A DNA stretch of 64,000 nucleotides from an uncultured Chloroflexia bacterium (GTDB lineage: Bacteria; Chloroflexota; Limnocylindria; Limnocylindrales; CSP1-4), in contig CAVTHS010000008.1 in NCBI GenBank assembly GCA_963734535.1, positions 320,001 to 384,000 of the forward strand. Reading direction: 5' to 3'. Below are positions 32,343-40,932 of this stretch, in pieces. Below the pieces are notes generated by a model. It saw nothing but the letters and a program-made list of their open reading frames with translations. It made no database searches and was not told where the DNA came from. Position numbers and translations under genes: made by a program. Numbering within the stretch: the first letter of the stretch is position 1; the number at the start of each line of letters is the position of its first letter.

Positions 32343-32725
32343 GCTGGACCTCCGATTGCGCGAAGACGGCTGGCGAGACTGCCGCCTTCAACGTGTTTGA
32401 GGATTGTGGCGCCGATGCCCGCGTCCCGGGCCTCCCGGGCTTCGTCTGCACCCAGGTACGCGGCGAGAACGACGATGTGATCGCGGGGCGTGACGCCGTC
32501 GAGAGCGTCCGCCACCGCACGCCAGCCGCCCCGGAGCGCGCCATCGACGAGGACGAGATCGGGCGCGCAGGTCCGCGCCGCGAGGGCCGCGGAGCCGGCC
32601 GAGCGGACCTCGCCGACGACGGCGAAGCCGTGCCGGTTCAGGTGCGCGGCGAGGGCATCGGAAGCGCCGAGGTGGTCGCTCACGATGAGGAGCCGGCGCA
32701 CCGGCTGGGGATAGGACGGGAACAT
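32339..32725 (-). CDS. Stand-alone degenerate receiver-domain protein (NarL-like)
   Basis: LLIVSDH..PDLVLVD..VVLAAY..ILK; no HTH; stop overlaps the nifJ start (ATGA). Confidence 0.7.
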   Translation of the reverse strand: MFPSYPQPVRRLLIVSDHLGASDALAAHLNRHGFAVVGEVRSAGSAALAARTCAPDLVLVDGALRGGWRAVADALDGVTPRDHIVVLAAYLGADEAREARDAGIGATILKHVEGGSLASRLRAIGGPA

Positions 32726-32761
32726 GCCGGTAGCGTCGCCCCGAGCCTCCGGACCGGGCAC

Positions 32762-32797
32762 CCGCGCACCGGCCCCAAGAAGGGGGCCATTCGGCCC
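32762..32797. promoter_or_regulatory. Tandem DosR-like boxes at a divergent promoter
   Basis: GGGCC-ATTC-GGCCC at 32784-32797 lies 24 nt from -10 CACACT (rightward); a half-site box at 32762-32775 lies 24 nt from GACGCT before the receiver ATG (leftward). Confidence 0.65.
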
Positions 32798-32860
32798 TGC
32801 CAAGGGTCGCGATCTGCGCGGCACACTGCGGAGCGTGGTGGACGTCGCAGGGGACGCGCG

Positions 32861-32926
32861 ATGTCCACCACTACTCATGTTCGGGGCGGGCTGACGCGGC
32901 TTCGGGGCAGGCTGACGCGGCGTTGA
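32861..32926 (+). CDS. Putative 21-aa Arg-rich small ORF
   Basis: MSTTTHVRGGLTRLRGRLTRR; AGGGG RBS-like element; candidate promoter with DosR-like box. Confidence 0.3.
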   Translation: MSTTTHVRGGLTRLRGRLTRR

Positions 32927-33073
32927 CACGCCGTCCGCGCGGGGCGCGCCCAGCTCGGGGTCGCCCGAGGGCGGATACCCGCGGATCCCCGACGCGCAAC
33001 CCGGCCGATGGCGACGCTCGGCGGTCCCGTGGGACCCGACCCGCCGGATCGGGCTCGTACCCGACGCGCCCGC

Positions 33074-34345
33074 CTACAGGTAGTGCGTTCGACGCGCCTG
33101 GATGGTCAGCTCGTCGCGGAAGTCCGGGTGCGCGATCGCGATCAGCGCGGCCGCACGCTCGCGGATCGACTTCCCGAAGAGCTCCGCGACCCCCCACTCC
33201 GTGACCACCGTCCGGACGTGGGCGCGCGTGGTCACGACGCCCGCACCCTCGGCGAGGAACGGGGTGATCCGCGAGACGGTGCCGCCGGCAGCGGTGGACG
33301 GGAGCGCGATGATCGGGCGCCCGTTCGTTGCGAGGGCCGCGCCGCGGATGAAGTCCATCTGCCCGCCGACCCCGCTGTAGAGGCGCCAACCGATCGAGTC
33401 GGCGCAGACCTGGCCGGTCAGGTCGATCGCGATCGCCGAGTTGATCGCGGTCATCCGGCTGAAGCTCCGGATGACGTGGGTGTCGTTCGTGAAGTCGGTG
33501 GCCCGCATCTCGACCATCGGGTTGTCATGGACGAAGCGGTACAGCTTCCGGGTCCCCATCATGAACGTGGCCACGATCTTGCCGCGGTTGCGCTCCTTGG
33601 CGAGCCCGGTCACGGCGCCAGCCTCCACGAGGTCGACGATGGCGTCGGTCATCAGCTCGGTGTGGATGCCCAGATCGTGCTTGTCCCGGAGGCAGTTGGC
33701 CACGGCGGTCGGGATCGCCCCGATCCCCATCTGGAGCGTGGCGCCGTCCGGGACCAGCTCCGCGACGAACTCACCGATCCGCCGTTCGACGGGGTTGATC
33801 TCGCCGTCCGGCCGTGGATAGGGCGCGATGTCCACCTCGACCGCGTAGTCGATCCGCGAGACGTGGACGAAGCTCTCGCCGAGAGTCCGTGGCATGGCCG
33901 CGTTGACCTGGGCGATGACCGTCTTCGCGGCACGGATCGCGGCCTGCATCGCCTCGACCGACGTGCCGAGCGAGCAGTACCCGTGTGCATCCGGCGGGGA
34001 GACGTTGCACAGCACCGCGTCGAGCGGGAGCAGCCCGGCGTCGAAGAGGTGCGGCACGTCGGACAGGAAGACGGGCACGTAGTCGGCACGGCCCTCGTTC
34101 ACGGCGGCGCGGGCGTTCGGGCCGATGAAGAGCGCGGTGTGGCGGAAGTGACCGGCCATCTCGGGCGCGAGATGCGGGCCAGGCCCCTCGATGTGGAGGT
34201 GGACGATGTCCACGTCCCGCAGCTCCGGGGCGCGCGCGACGAGGGCGTCGAGCAGGGCGGACGGCGCGGCGGACGCGCACTGGACGTAGACCCTGTCGCC
34301 GGAGCGGATCCCGGCGACGGCCTCTTCCGGCGAGACGATCTTCAT
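33074..34345 (-). CDS. Acetyl-CoA hydrolase/transferase (4-hydroxybutyrate CoA-transferase family)
   Basis: GRADYVP, TLQMGIGAIP, LGIHTE, SGVGGQMDFIRGA, VVTEWG. Confidence 0.93.
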   Translation of the reverse strand: MKIVSPEEAVAGIRSGDRVYVQCASAAPSALLDALVARAPELRDVDIVHLHIEGPGPHLAPEMAGHFRHTALFIGPNARAAVNEGRADYVPVFLSDVPHLFDAGLLPLDAVLCNVSPPDAHGYCSLGTSVEAMQAAIRAAKTVIAQVNAAMPRTLGESFVHVSRIDYAVEVDIAPYPRPDGEINPVERRIGEFVAELVPDGATLQMGIGAIPTAVANCLRDKHDLGIHTELMTDAIVDLVEAGAVTGLAKERNRGKIVATFMMGTRKLYRFVHDNPMVEMRATDFTNDTHVIRSFSRMTAINSAIAIDLTGQVCADSIGWRLYSGVGGQMDFIRGAALATNGRPIIALPSTAAGGTVSRITPFLAEGAGVVTTRAHVRTVVTEWGVAELFGKSIRERAAALIAIAHPDFRDELTIQARRTHYL

Positions 34346-34381
34346 GGCCGCAGTCTGGGAGGGCCGCTCCGGACTGCAACT

Positions 34382-34395
34382 GTGCCGACCGGCCC
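34382..34395 (-). promoter_or_regulatory. DosR-like box of the CoA-transferase gene
   Basis: Minus-strand GGGCC-GGTC-GGCAC lies 24 nt from -10 CAGACT, which is 6 nt before the ATG. Confidence 0.7.
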
Positions 34396-34663
34396 CATTG
34401 GCCGAGCCCATCGGGCCCGAAGGGACGCCATGGTCGGGACGGCTCCAGCGCGGGATTCGATCACGGGACCGCCTGCCGAATGCGGACGCAGGTTGCGAAA
34501 CGTCCATCGAGTCTTCGCCGATCCTCGCCCGTCCTCCGGGTATGCTGCGCCGTCGGTTGGTCTTCGGCGCTCGTCGCCGTGGGCCGTCTCGCCCCGACCC
34601 GCGAGAGGCGGGCCGGCATTGCGCTCCCAGCCCCGGTGCTCGGACCGGCTGCACGGAGGATCC

Positions 34664-35869
34664 ATGGACCACGCCACGAACCACCGGCTGCGCGCCGGGC
34701 TGCTCGCCACCCTGCTCCCGCTCGGGCTCGCCCTCTTCCTGCCCGCCGCCGCGCTCGTCCCGACCGTCGCGGCAGCGGATCCCCTGAGCGTGACGACTCC
34801 ATATCCCAGCGTGGCCGCCCAGCCGGGCGCCAGCGTCTCGTTCCCGATCACGATCACGACGGACGCGACCCGGACCGTCGGGCTCACCGTCGACGGCGTC
34901 CCGCAGGGCGGGTCCGCCCGGCTGACCGGCGGCGGGTTCACGGTCGACGCCGTCCAGGCAGAGTCGGGCAAGCCGGCGACCGTCAGCCTCGACGTCACGC
35001 TGCCCCCGGACGCGAACGGGATCATCACGATGACGGTCCACGCGAAGTCGGGAGGCCTCGCCGCCGATCTCCCCGTGCGGCTCCGGATCGAGGGCGGCGC
35101 GGGCGGCAGCGTGACGATCGATCCGCCGACCGGCCAGAAGGTCGCGGCGGGCGGATCGCTCACGTTCACCCTGACGCTCCACAACAACACCCCGCGCGAC
35201 ACGACGTTCACGTTCTCCACCCAGCAGCCCGACGGCTGGCAGGTCAACGCCCAGCCCGGGGGCTCGAGCCAGGCGACCAGCCTCAAGGTCGCCGCGGCCA
35301 GCACCGGGAGCGTCACCGTCAGCGTCGCCTCGCCCGCCACGGCGACTGCAGGCGACTACAAGGTGGAGCTCGACACGGCAAGCGACGGCGACGTCCAGCC
35401 CGACCCGGTCATCCTCCCGGTGACGATCACCGGGAGCTACTCGGTTGCGTTGACCCAGACCCCCGACGAGACGCTCCAGACGTCCGCCCAGCCCGGTGCA
35501 GGGAAGGCCTACATCTGGGTGGTCCAGAACACCGGATCGGGGCCGCTCGGGAACATCACCGTCAGCGCCACGCCGCCGACGGGCTGGACGGTGACCTTCG
35601 ATTCAGCCACGATCCCCAGCCTGGCGCCCGGCAAGACACAGGACGTGACCGCGACGATCACGCCGTCCGGCAACGCGGTCGCCGGCGACTACACGATCCC
35701 GTTCACCGCCACCGTCCCCAGCAGCGGGAGCGTCCCGGGGGCCACGGCCAGCCAGACCGTCAGGGTGACGGTCCAGGTCGGGCTCAACTGGCTGGTCGTC
35801 GGTGGAGCGCTCATCCTGCTCGTGCTGGTCGGCCTGAGCTGGGTCTTCGGGCGGTTCGGGCGCCGCTGA
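34664..35869 (+). CDS. Membrane-anchored NEW3 (NPCBM-associated) Ig-like domain protein
   Basis: Signal peptide, three Ig-like repeats (PDGW, PTGW, AGDY), C-terminal TM ending FGRR; GGAGG RBS. Confidence 0.82.
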   Translation: MDHATNHRLRAGLLATLLPLGLALFLPAAALVPTVAAADPLSVTTPYPSVAAQPGASVSFPITITTDATRTVGLTVDGVPQGGSARLTGGGFTVDAVQAESGKPATVSLDVTLPPDANGIITMTVHAKSGGLAADLPVRLRIEGGAGGSVTIDPPTGQKVAAGGSLTFTLTLHNNTPRDTTFTFSTQQPDGWQVNAQPGGSSQATSLKVAAASTGSVTVSVASPATATAGDYKVELDTASDGDVQPDPVILPVTITGSYSVALTQTPDETLQTSAQPGAGKAYIWVVQNTGSGPLGNITVSATPPTGWTVTFDSATIPSLAPGKTQDVTATITPSGNAVAGDYTIPFTATVPSSGSVPGATASQTVRVTVQVGLNWLVVGGALILLVLVGLSWVFGRFGRR

Positions 35870-35872
35870 CCG

Positions 35873-37078
35873 ATGGTCATGCAGGCATCCCCGCTCGCGG
35901 CGCGCGGGCGCGACTCGGCTCTCGAGCCGGTCATCGAGGCCCGGAGCCTGACGAAGCGGTACGGCGACCGGGTGGCCGTGGATGACCTCAGCTTCGAGGT
36001 TCGTCCGGGCGAGGTCTTCGGCCTGCTCGGACCCAACGGGGCCGGCAAGACCACAACGGTGCTCATGCTGCTGGGCCTCACCGAACCGACGTCCGGCGAG
36101 GCGCGCGTGGTCGGTGTCGACCCGATGCGCGACCCGCTGGAGGTGAAACGACACGTCGGCTACATGCCCGACACCGTCGGGTTCTACGACGGGCTGAGCG
36201 CGAGCGAGAACCTGGCCTATACGGCGCGCCTGAACCGTATCCCGCGCGCCGTCGCCGCAGAGAGGATCTCGGATCTGCTGGTCCAGGTGGGTCTCGCCGA
36301 GGTCGCCGCGCAGAAGGTCGACACGTTCTCCCGCGGCATGCGCCAGCGCCTCGGCGTGGCGGACGCGCTGCTCAAGGACCCGTCCGTCCTGATCCTCGAC
36401 GAGCCGACGGCGTCCCTCGACCCGGAGGGCGTCGTCGAGCTGCTCGCCCTCATCGAGCGAATCGCCCTCGAGCGGCGGATCGCCGTGCTCCTCTCGTCCC
36501 ACCTGCTCGACCAGGTCCAGGCGATCTGCCAGCGTGTCGGGATCTTCTACCGGGGCCGCCTCATCGCCCAAGGGTCCGTCCGCGACCTCGCGAGCGAGGG
36601 GTCGCGAACCCAGGATGTCGTCGAGGTGGGGGCCCAGGTCTCCGACGGCCGCCCGGCGGGCGTCGACCTCGTGACGGCCGCGCTGCGCGGCATGCCGGGC
36701 GTCGCCTCCGTGGCACCGGACCCCGGCGCGCCGGGCCGCGTCCTCGTCAGGGGCGCGCCCGGGATCGCCGGCGCGCTGGCCACGGGGCTCGCCGCGACGG
36801 GTCTCCACGCGGTCCACCTCCGGACGCACGAGGAGCGGCTGGACGCGATCTACGCGCGGCTGGTGCACGCCGCGGCCGAGGCCCCGCCTGCCGCGCCCGA
36901 ACGCCGCGCGGTCGGCCGGGCGCCCGCACCGCGACGATCGATCCGCCGGGCCCCCGGGCGCGCCGGTCACCCGCGGTCCGGAGGCAGCGACCAGGACCGT
37001 GGCGACCAGGACCATGGCGACCAGGACCGTGGCGACGGCCACGACCATCGTGCCGACGACGCCGGGGGACCCCGATGA
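35873..37078 (+). CDS. ABC transporter ATP-binding protein with low-complexity Asp/His tail
   Basis: [24 protein letters not shown]. Confidence 0.9.
   Translation: MVMQASPLAARGRDSALEPVIEARSLTKRYGDRVAVDDLSFEVRPGEVFGLLGPNGAGKTTTVLMLLGLTEPTSGEARVVGVDPMRDPLEVKRHVGYMPDTVGFYDGLSASENLAYTARLNRIPRAVAAERISDLLVQVGLAEVAAQKVDTFSRGMRQRLGVADALLKDPSVLILDEPTASLDPEGVVELLALIERIALERRIAVLLSSHLLDQVQAICQRVGIFYRGRLIAQGSVRDLASEGSRTQDVVEVGAQVSDGRPAGVDLVTAALRGMPGVASVAPDPGAPGRVLVRGAPGIAGALATGLAATGLHAVHLRTHEERLDAIYARLVHAAAEAPPAAPERRAVGRAPAPRRSIRRAPGRAGHPRSGGSDQDRGDQDHGDQDRGDGHDHRADDAGGPR
36987..37036 (+). repeat. 15-bp coding tandem repeat (about 3 copies) encoding GDQD(R/H)
   Basis: GGCGACCAGGACC(G/A)T repeated. Confidence 0.8.
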
Positions 37079-38133
37079 GCGCGTCCGCGGCGGCTCCGAC
37101 GGGCCCCGCGACGGCGCATCCCCGGCCGGCGACGCGCCCTCCGTCGGGCGGGTGGCGGATCGTCGCGGCGAAGGAGCTCGCGGACCACCTCGGGAGCACC
37201 CGTTTCGTGGTCCTGTTCGTGGTGCTCGGCCTCGCGGGCGCGTCCGCCGTCTACTCGGTCTCGCAGCAGATCGTGAGCGTTGCCGCCGGCGTCAGTTCGA
37301 CCGAGAGTCTCTTCCCGCTGCTCTTCACCCTGAGCGCCTCGGACGTCGCCGCCGCGACGCAGCAATCGGCCAACACGCCACTCCCGTCGTTCGTGGCCCT
37401 GATCTCGCTCCTGGCACCGCTCCTGGGCATCGCCTTCGGGTTCGACGCGGTGAACCGCGAACGGTCCGAGCGAACGCTGCCCCGGCTCCTCGCGCAGCCG
37501 ATCTATCGCGACGACGTCATCAACGGCAAGTTTGCGGCCGGCCTCGCCGCCATCGGGATCGCGCTCGGGGCGGTGCTCGTCGTCATCGCCGCGTGGGGCG
37601 TCATCCAGCTGGGAGTGATTCCCACGGCGGAGGACGTGGCCCGCATCGTGGTCTGGTACGTGGTGGCGATCGTCTACATCGGCTTCTGGCTGGCGCTCGC
37701 CACCCTGTGCTCGGTCGTCATGCGTCGGGCCGCGTCGTCGGCGCTGGTCGCGATCTCCGCCTGGCTGATCGTGTCCCTCTTCGGCGGCCTGCTGATCTCG
37801 ACCGTCGTCGGGTTGCTGGCGCCCGTGAGCGCATCTCCGACGACCGCCGAGGTGATCGCGAACGGCCACCTGCAGGACGCGCTGACGCGGATCAGCCCGG
37901 ATGGCATGTTCCAGATCGCCACCCAGGCCATCCTGGACCCGCACGTGACGGCAGGGATCCTCACGATCGACCAGCGCGTCGCGGTCGCGCAGCAGGGCGC
38001 GGCGGGGTCGATCCTCTCGCTCGACCAGAGCCTGCTGGTGGTCGGCCCGCAGGTGCTGGCCATTGTCGCCCTCAGCGTCGTGTGCTTCGCGCTCGCCTAC
38101 ATCGCGTTCATGCGCCAGGAGGTCCGGGCCTGA
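37075..38133 (+). CDS. ABC-2 type permease
   Basis: [42 protein letters not shown]. Confidence 0.9.
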   Translation: MSASAAAPTGPATAHPRPATRPPSGGWRIVAAKELADHLGSTRFVVLFVVLGLAGASAVYSVSQQIVSVAAGVSSTESLFPLLFTLSASDVAAATQQSANTPLPSFVALISLLAPLLGIAFGFDAVNRERSERTLPRLLAQPIYRDDVINGKFAAGLAAIGIALGAVLVVIAAWGVIQLGVIPTAEDVARIVVWYVVAIVYIGFWLALATLCSVVMRRAASSALVAISAWLIVSLFGGLLISTVVGLLAPVSASPTTAEVIANGHLQDALTRISPDGMFQIATQAILDPHVTAGILTIDQRVAVAQQGAAGSILSLDQSLLVVGPQVLAIVALSVVCFALAYIAFMRQEVRA

Positions 38134-38147
38134 CGGGCGCTGAGACA

Positions 38148-38243
38148 CAGCTGGATTTCGGGCGCTCTGCCGGCTGGCCCCTCGGCGAGATCGCCCGAGT
38201 CGACATCACGTACCTGGCGTGGCTGGACCGGATGTCGATTCGG
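38148..38243 (+). pseudogene. Fragment resembling a DUF3820/QSregVF-type FG-x-x-G...YL-x-W domain
   Basis: QLDFGRSAGWPLGEIARVDITYLAWLDRMSI; no proper start or stop. Confidence 0.4.
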
Positions 38244-38342
38244 GCGGCGCACCCGCGAGGAGGTGGAAGCCGCCCGGTCGCGGCGGGGCGATCAGGGGCG
38301 GCGCCGAGCGTCGCCGGACGCCGAGGCCGGGCCGAGTCGGGG

Positions 38343-39017
38343 CTACGTTCCCGAGCCGGGGAGCCGGTGCTTCGCGACGAACGCCGCGGCCTGTGCCCGG
38401 CGCTGGAGGTTCAGCTTCGAGAGGATCGAGCTGACGTAGTTCTTGACCGTCTTGTCGGAGAGAAAGACCTCCGATGCGATCTCCTTGTTGGTCTTCCCCT
38501 CGGCGACGAGCTGGAGGATCTTCTGTTCCTGGGCCGTGAGCTGGGCGAGCTCGTCGGTGTAGGTTCCCGACGCGATCCGCCGGACGCGCTCCAGGACCTT
38601 CTCCGTGACGGCCGGGTCGAGGAGCGACTCGCCACGTCCAACCGCCTCCAGGGCGGTGACGAGGTCGCGGGCGCGAACCTGCTTGAGGAGGTAGCCGGAC
38701 GCACCCGCGATGATCGCGGAGAGCACGGCCTCCTCGTCGGGGTAGCTCGTGAGCATCACCACGCGTGTCCCGGGCAGCTCGGCCCGGATCTCGCGACAGG
38801 CCTCGATGCCCGATCCGTCCGGGAGGCGGACGTCCATGATCACGAGGTCGGGCTGGAACCTTCGCGCGGCCTCGAGCGCCTCTTCGACCGTGCCCGCTTC
38901 GGCGACGACCTGGAACTTCTCGCGGCGATCGATCAGCGCGACCAGACCCTGTCGCACGACCTCGTGGTCGTCCACGACGAGCAGGCGAAGGGGACGCGGT
39001 TCGGACTGCTCGGTCAT
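38343..39017 (-). CDS. dosR: DosR/DevR-like NarL-family response regulator
   Basis: VDDHEVVR, DVRLPDGSGIE, LTSY, GASGY, SLLD, GKTNKEIA..FLSDKTVKNYVS..RAQAA; recognition helix matches mycobacterial DosR as recalled. Confidence 0.88.
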   Translation of the reverse strand: MTEQSEPRPLRLLVVDDHEVVRQGLVALIDRREKFQVVAEAGTVEEALEAARRFQPDLVIMDVRLPDGSGIEACREIRAELPGTRVVMLTSYPDEEAVLSAIIAGASGYLLKQVRARDLVTALEAVGRGESLLDPAVTEKVLERVRRIASGTYTDELAQLTAQEQKILQLVAEGKTNKEIASEVFLSDKTVKNYVSSILSKLNLQRRAQAAAFVAKHRLPGSGT

Positions 39018-39042
39018 GGTCGGGATGGGCCTCCGTCGCGGT

Positions 39043-40407
39043 TCACGCCTCGGCACCCTCGTCGGTCTCATCGACCGAGGGTTCACCGGGTATCCGCACG
39101 ATGATACGCGTCCCGCCATCCGGCGAGCTTTCGATGGCCAGCGTGCCGCCGATGCCGGCGATCCGGGCGTCCATGTTGGCAAGACCCAGGTGACCGAGCC
39201 CGCGCGGCGCGCGCGGATCGAACCCCATGCCGTTGTCGATGATCGTGAGCGTGATCCCCGGCCCTTCCCCGGTCATCCCGACCACGATCTCCGCGCGCGA
39301 CGCCTTCGCATGGCGCGCGATGTTGCTGAGCGCCTCCCGGGCGACGGAGAGGACCTCCAGCGTGCGCTCGGGGCTCAAGGGAACCCCGTCGACGTCCGGG
39401 CCCGCGCGCAGCTCCACGTCGACCATCGTGTTCACCCGGAACTCGTCTGCGAGCGCCGCCAGGCCTTCGACGAGCTCGATGCCGTCGATGAGCTGGGGCC
39501 GGAGACCGAAGATGAAGTTGCGGATGTCGCGGATGGTCTGGTCCAGGCTCTCGATCGCGTGCTCGACCCGCCGGCTCGCCTCCGCAGGCTCCTCCACCAT
39601 GAGGTCCGGCACGTCCTCCAGCGTGAGGCCGACGGCGTAGATCGACTGGATCACGCCATCGTGGAGGTCGCGACCGATGCGCTCTCGCTCCTCGACGATC
39701 GCCAGCCGTTGGACCTGGTCGTGCAGGCGGGCGTTCTCCATGGCGATCGCGGCGTGGCCGGCGAAGAGCTCGACGAGCTGCTGGTCCGTCTCGCTGAAGC
39801 CGCCCTCCTTCTCCGTCAGGTAGAGGTTCCCGATGGTGCGGCCGCGGATCGTGACCGGGACGCCGAGGAACGCGTGCATCTCCGGGTGGTTCGGCGGAAA
39901 GCCAACGCGCCGGGGATCGACCATCAGGTCGGCAAGCCGGTAGGAACGGTTCTCGCGGATGATCAACCCCAGGATGCCGTGGCCGCGCGGCGGCGCGCCG
40001 ATCCGGGCCCGCTCCTGGCGCGGCATCCCCGATGTGATGAACTGCTCGATGACCCCCTCGCTGTCGACGATACCGAGGGCGGCATAGCCGGCTCCGACCA
40101 GGTCGCGCACGCGGTCGACGATCACCTGGAGCACCCGGTCCACGGCCAGGACACCCGCCATTGCCCGGATCGAGGCGTCGAAGGCAGCGAGCCGCTCATC
40201 GGCGAAGGCAATCGCCGCCAGCGCCGTTGCCAAATCGGCATCGGCCGCGAGGCGTTCACCGGCGGGGCGTTCGTCGTCGGCGAGGCGCTCACCGGCCGCG
40301 GGGCGTTCGTCGGCCGCGGGAGGTGCTGCCGACTCGACCCCGCCGGCGCGCTGGCCGGGCAGAGGCCCGTCGGGATCGGCGGCGCGGGGCGCGGCGGCGT
40401 CGGTCAC
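39043..40407 (-). CDS. dosS: DosS/DosT-like cytoplasmic heme-GAF histidine kinase (single GAF)
   Basis: GFPPNHPEMHAFLGVP..GNLYLT (heme GAF-A signature), ERERIGRDLHD (HisKA_3), EALSNIARHA, DNGMGF; TACCCT -10 7 nt before the GTG. Confidence 0.85.
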   Translation of the reverse strand: MTDAAAPRAADPDGPLPGQRAGGVESAAPPAADERPAAGERLADDERPAGERLAADADLATALAAIAFADERLAAFDASIRAMAGVLAVDRVLQVIVDRVRDLVGAGYAALGIVDSEGVIEQFITSGMPRQERARIGAPPRGHGILGLIIRENRSYRLADLMVDPRRVGFPPNHPEMHAFLGVPVTIRGRTIGNLYLTEKEGGFSETDQQLVELFAGHAAIAMENARLHDQVQRLAIVEERERIGRDLHDGVIQSIYAVGLTLEDVPDLMVEEPAEASRRVEHAIESLDQTIRDIRNFIFGLRPQLIDGIELVEGLAALADEFRVNTMVDVELRAGPDVDGVPLSPERTLEVLSVAREALSNIARHAKASRAEIVVGMTGEGPGITLTIIDNGMGFDPRAPRGLGHLGLANMDARIAGIGGTLAIESSPDGGTRIIVRIPGEPSVDETDEGAEA

Positions 40408-40881
40408 AGCGGCGAGGGTAGCAGGCCGCGACCGCAAGAGCCGGACATGTGCGCGGCCGCCGCGCCGACCGCCGACGCGTACGGCAGGGGCCCCAGTGAC
40501 GGAGCCAAGCGCCCTTCGCCTGCGATCGTGGCGCCGTCCGGCGGGCCGCGCTCCGGAGCACGGCATCGCGGGAAGCGCTGGATCGTGGGGAGCACAGGAC
40601 CGCGGGGAGCACAGCACCGCGAGTATCGGATCTGCCGATGGGATCGCGCGGGTCACGCGTGGAGGTGCGGGCCAAGCCGGGTCTGGCTGCAACGCCCACG
40701 CTCATTCGACCCGAGATGATCGTCAGGGCCGATATTGCCGGCGGGTTCTGTCTCGACCGATCTCGCGCGAAGCGATGGCAGAGCGGAGGTGCCCGGCCGC
40801 CGTGACAATCCTTGGGGCGCCCGGACCCTGGCTCGGCGTGCGCGCATGCGCATGTGTTTTGCCCCTCGGACCCGCCTGATT

Positions 40882-40895
40882 GTGACAAAGGTCCC
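40882..40895 (+). promoter_or_regulatory. DosR-like box of the multicopper oxidase-USP genes
   Basis: GTGAC-AAAG-GTCCC lies 23 nt from -10 TACCAT. Confidence 0.72.
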
Positions 40896-40932
40896 ATCGG
40901 GGCCACGTTCGCGACGCGTACCATGCCGCCCC

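Noticed and set aside
28419-32480. 1353-aa plus-strand ORF and many similar long antisense ORFs
   Set aside because: Shadow frames of real genes (here nifJ) caused by stop-codon scarcity at high GC; no recognisable motifs
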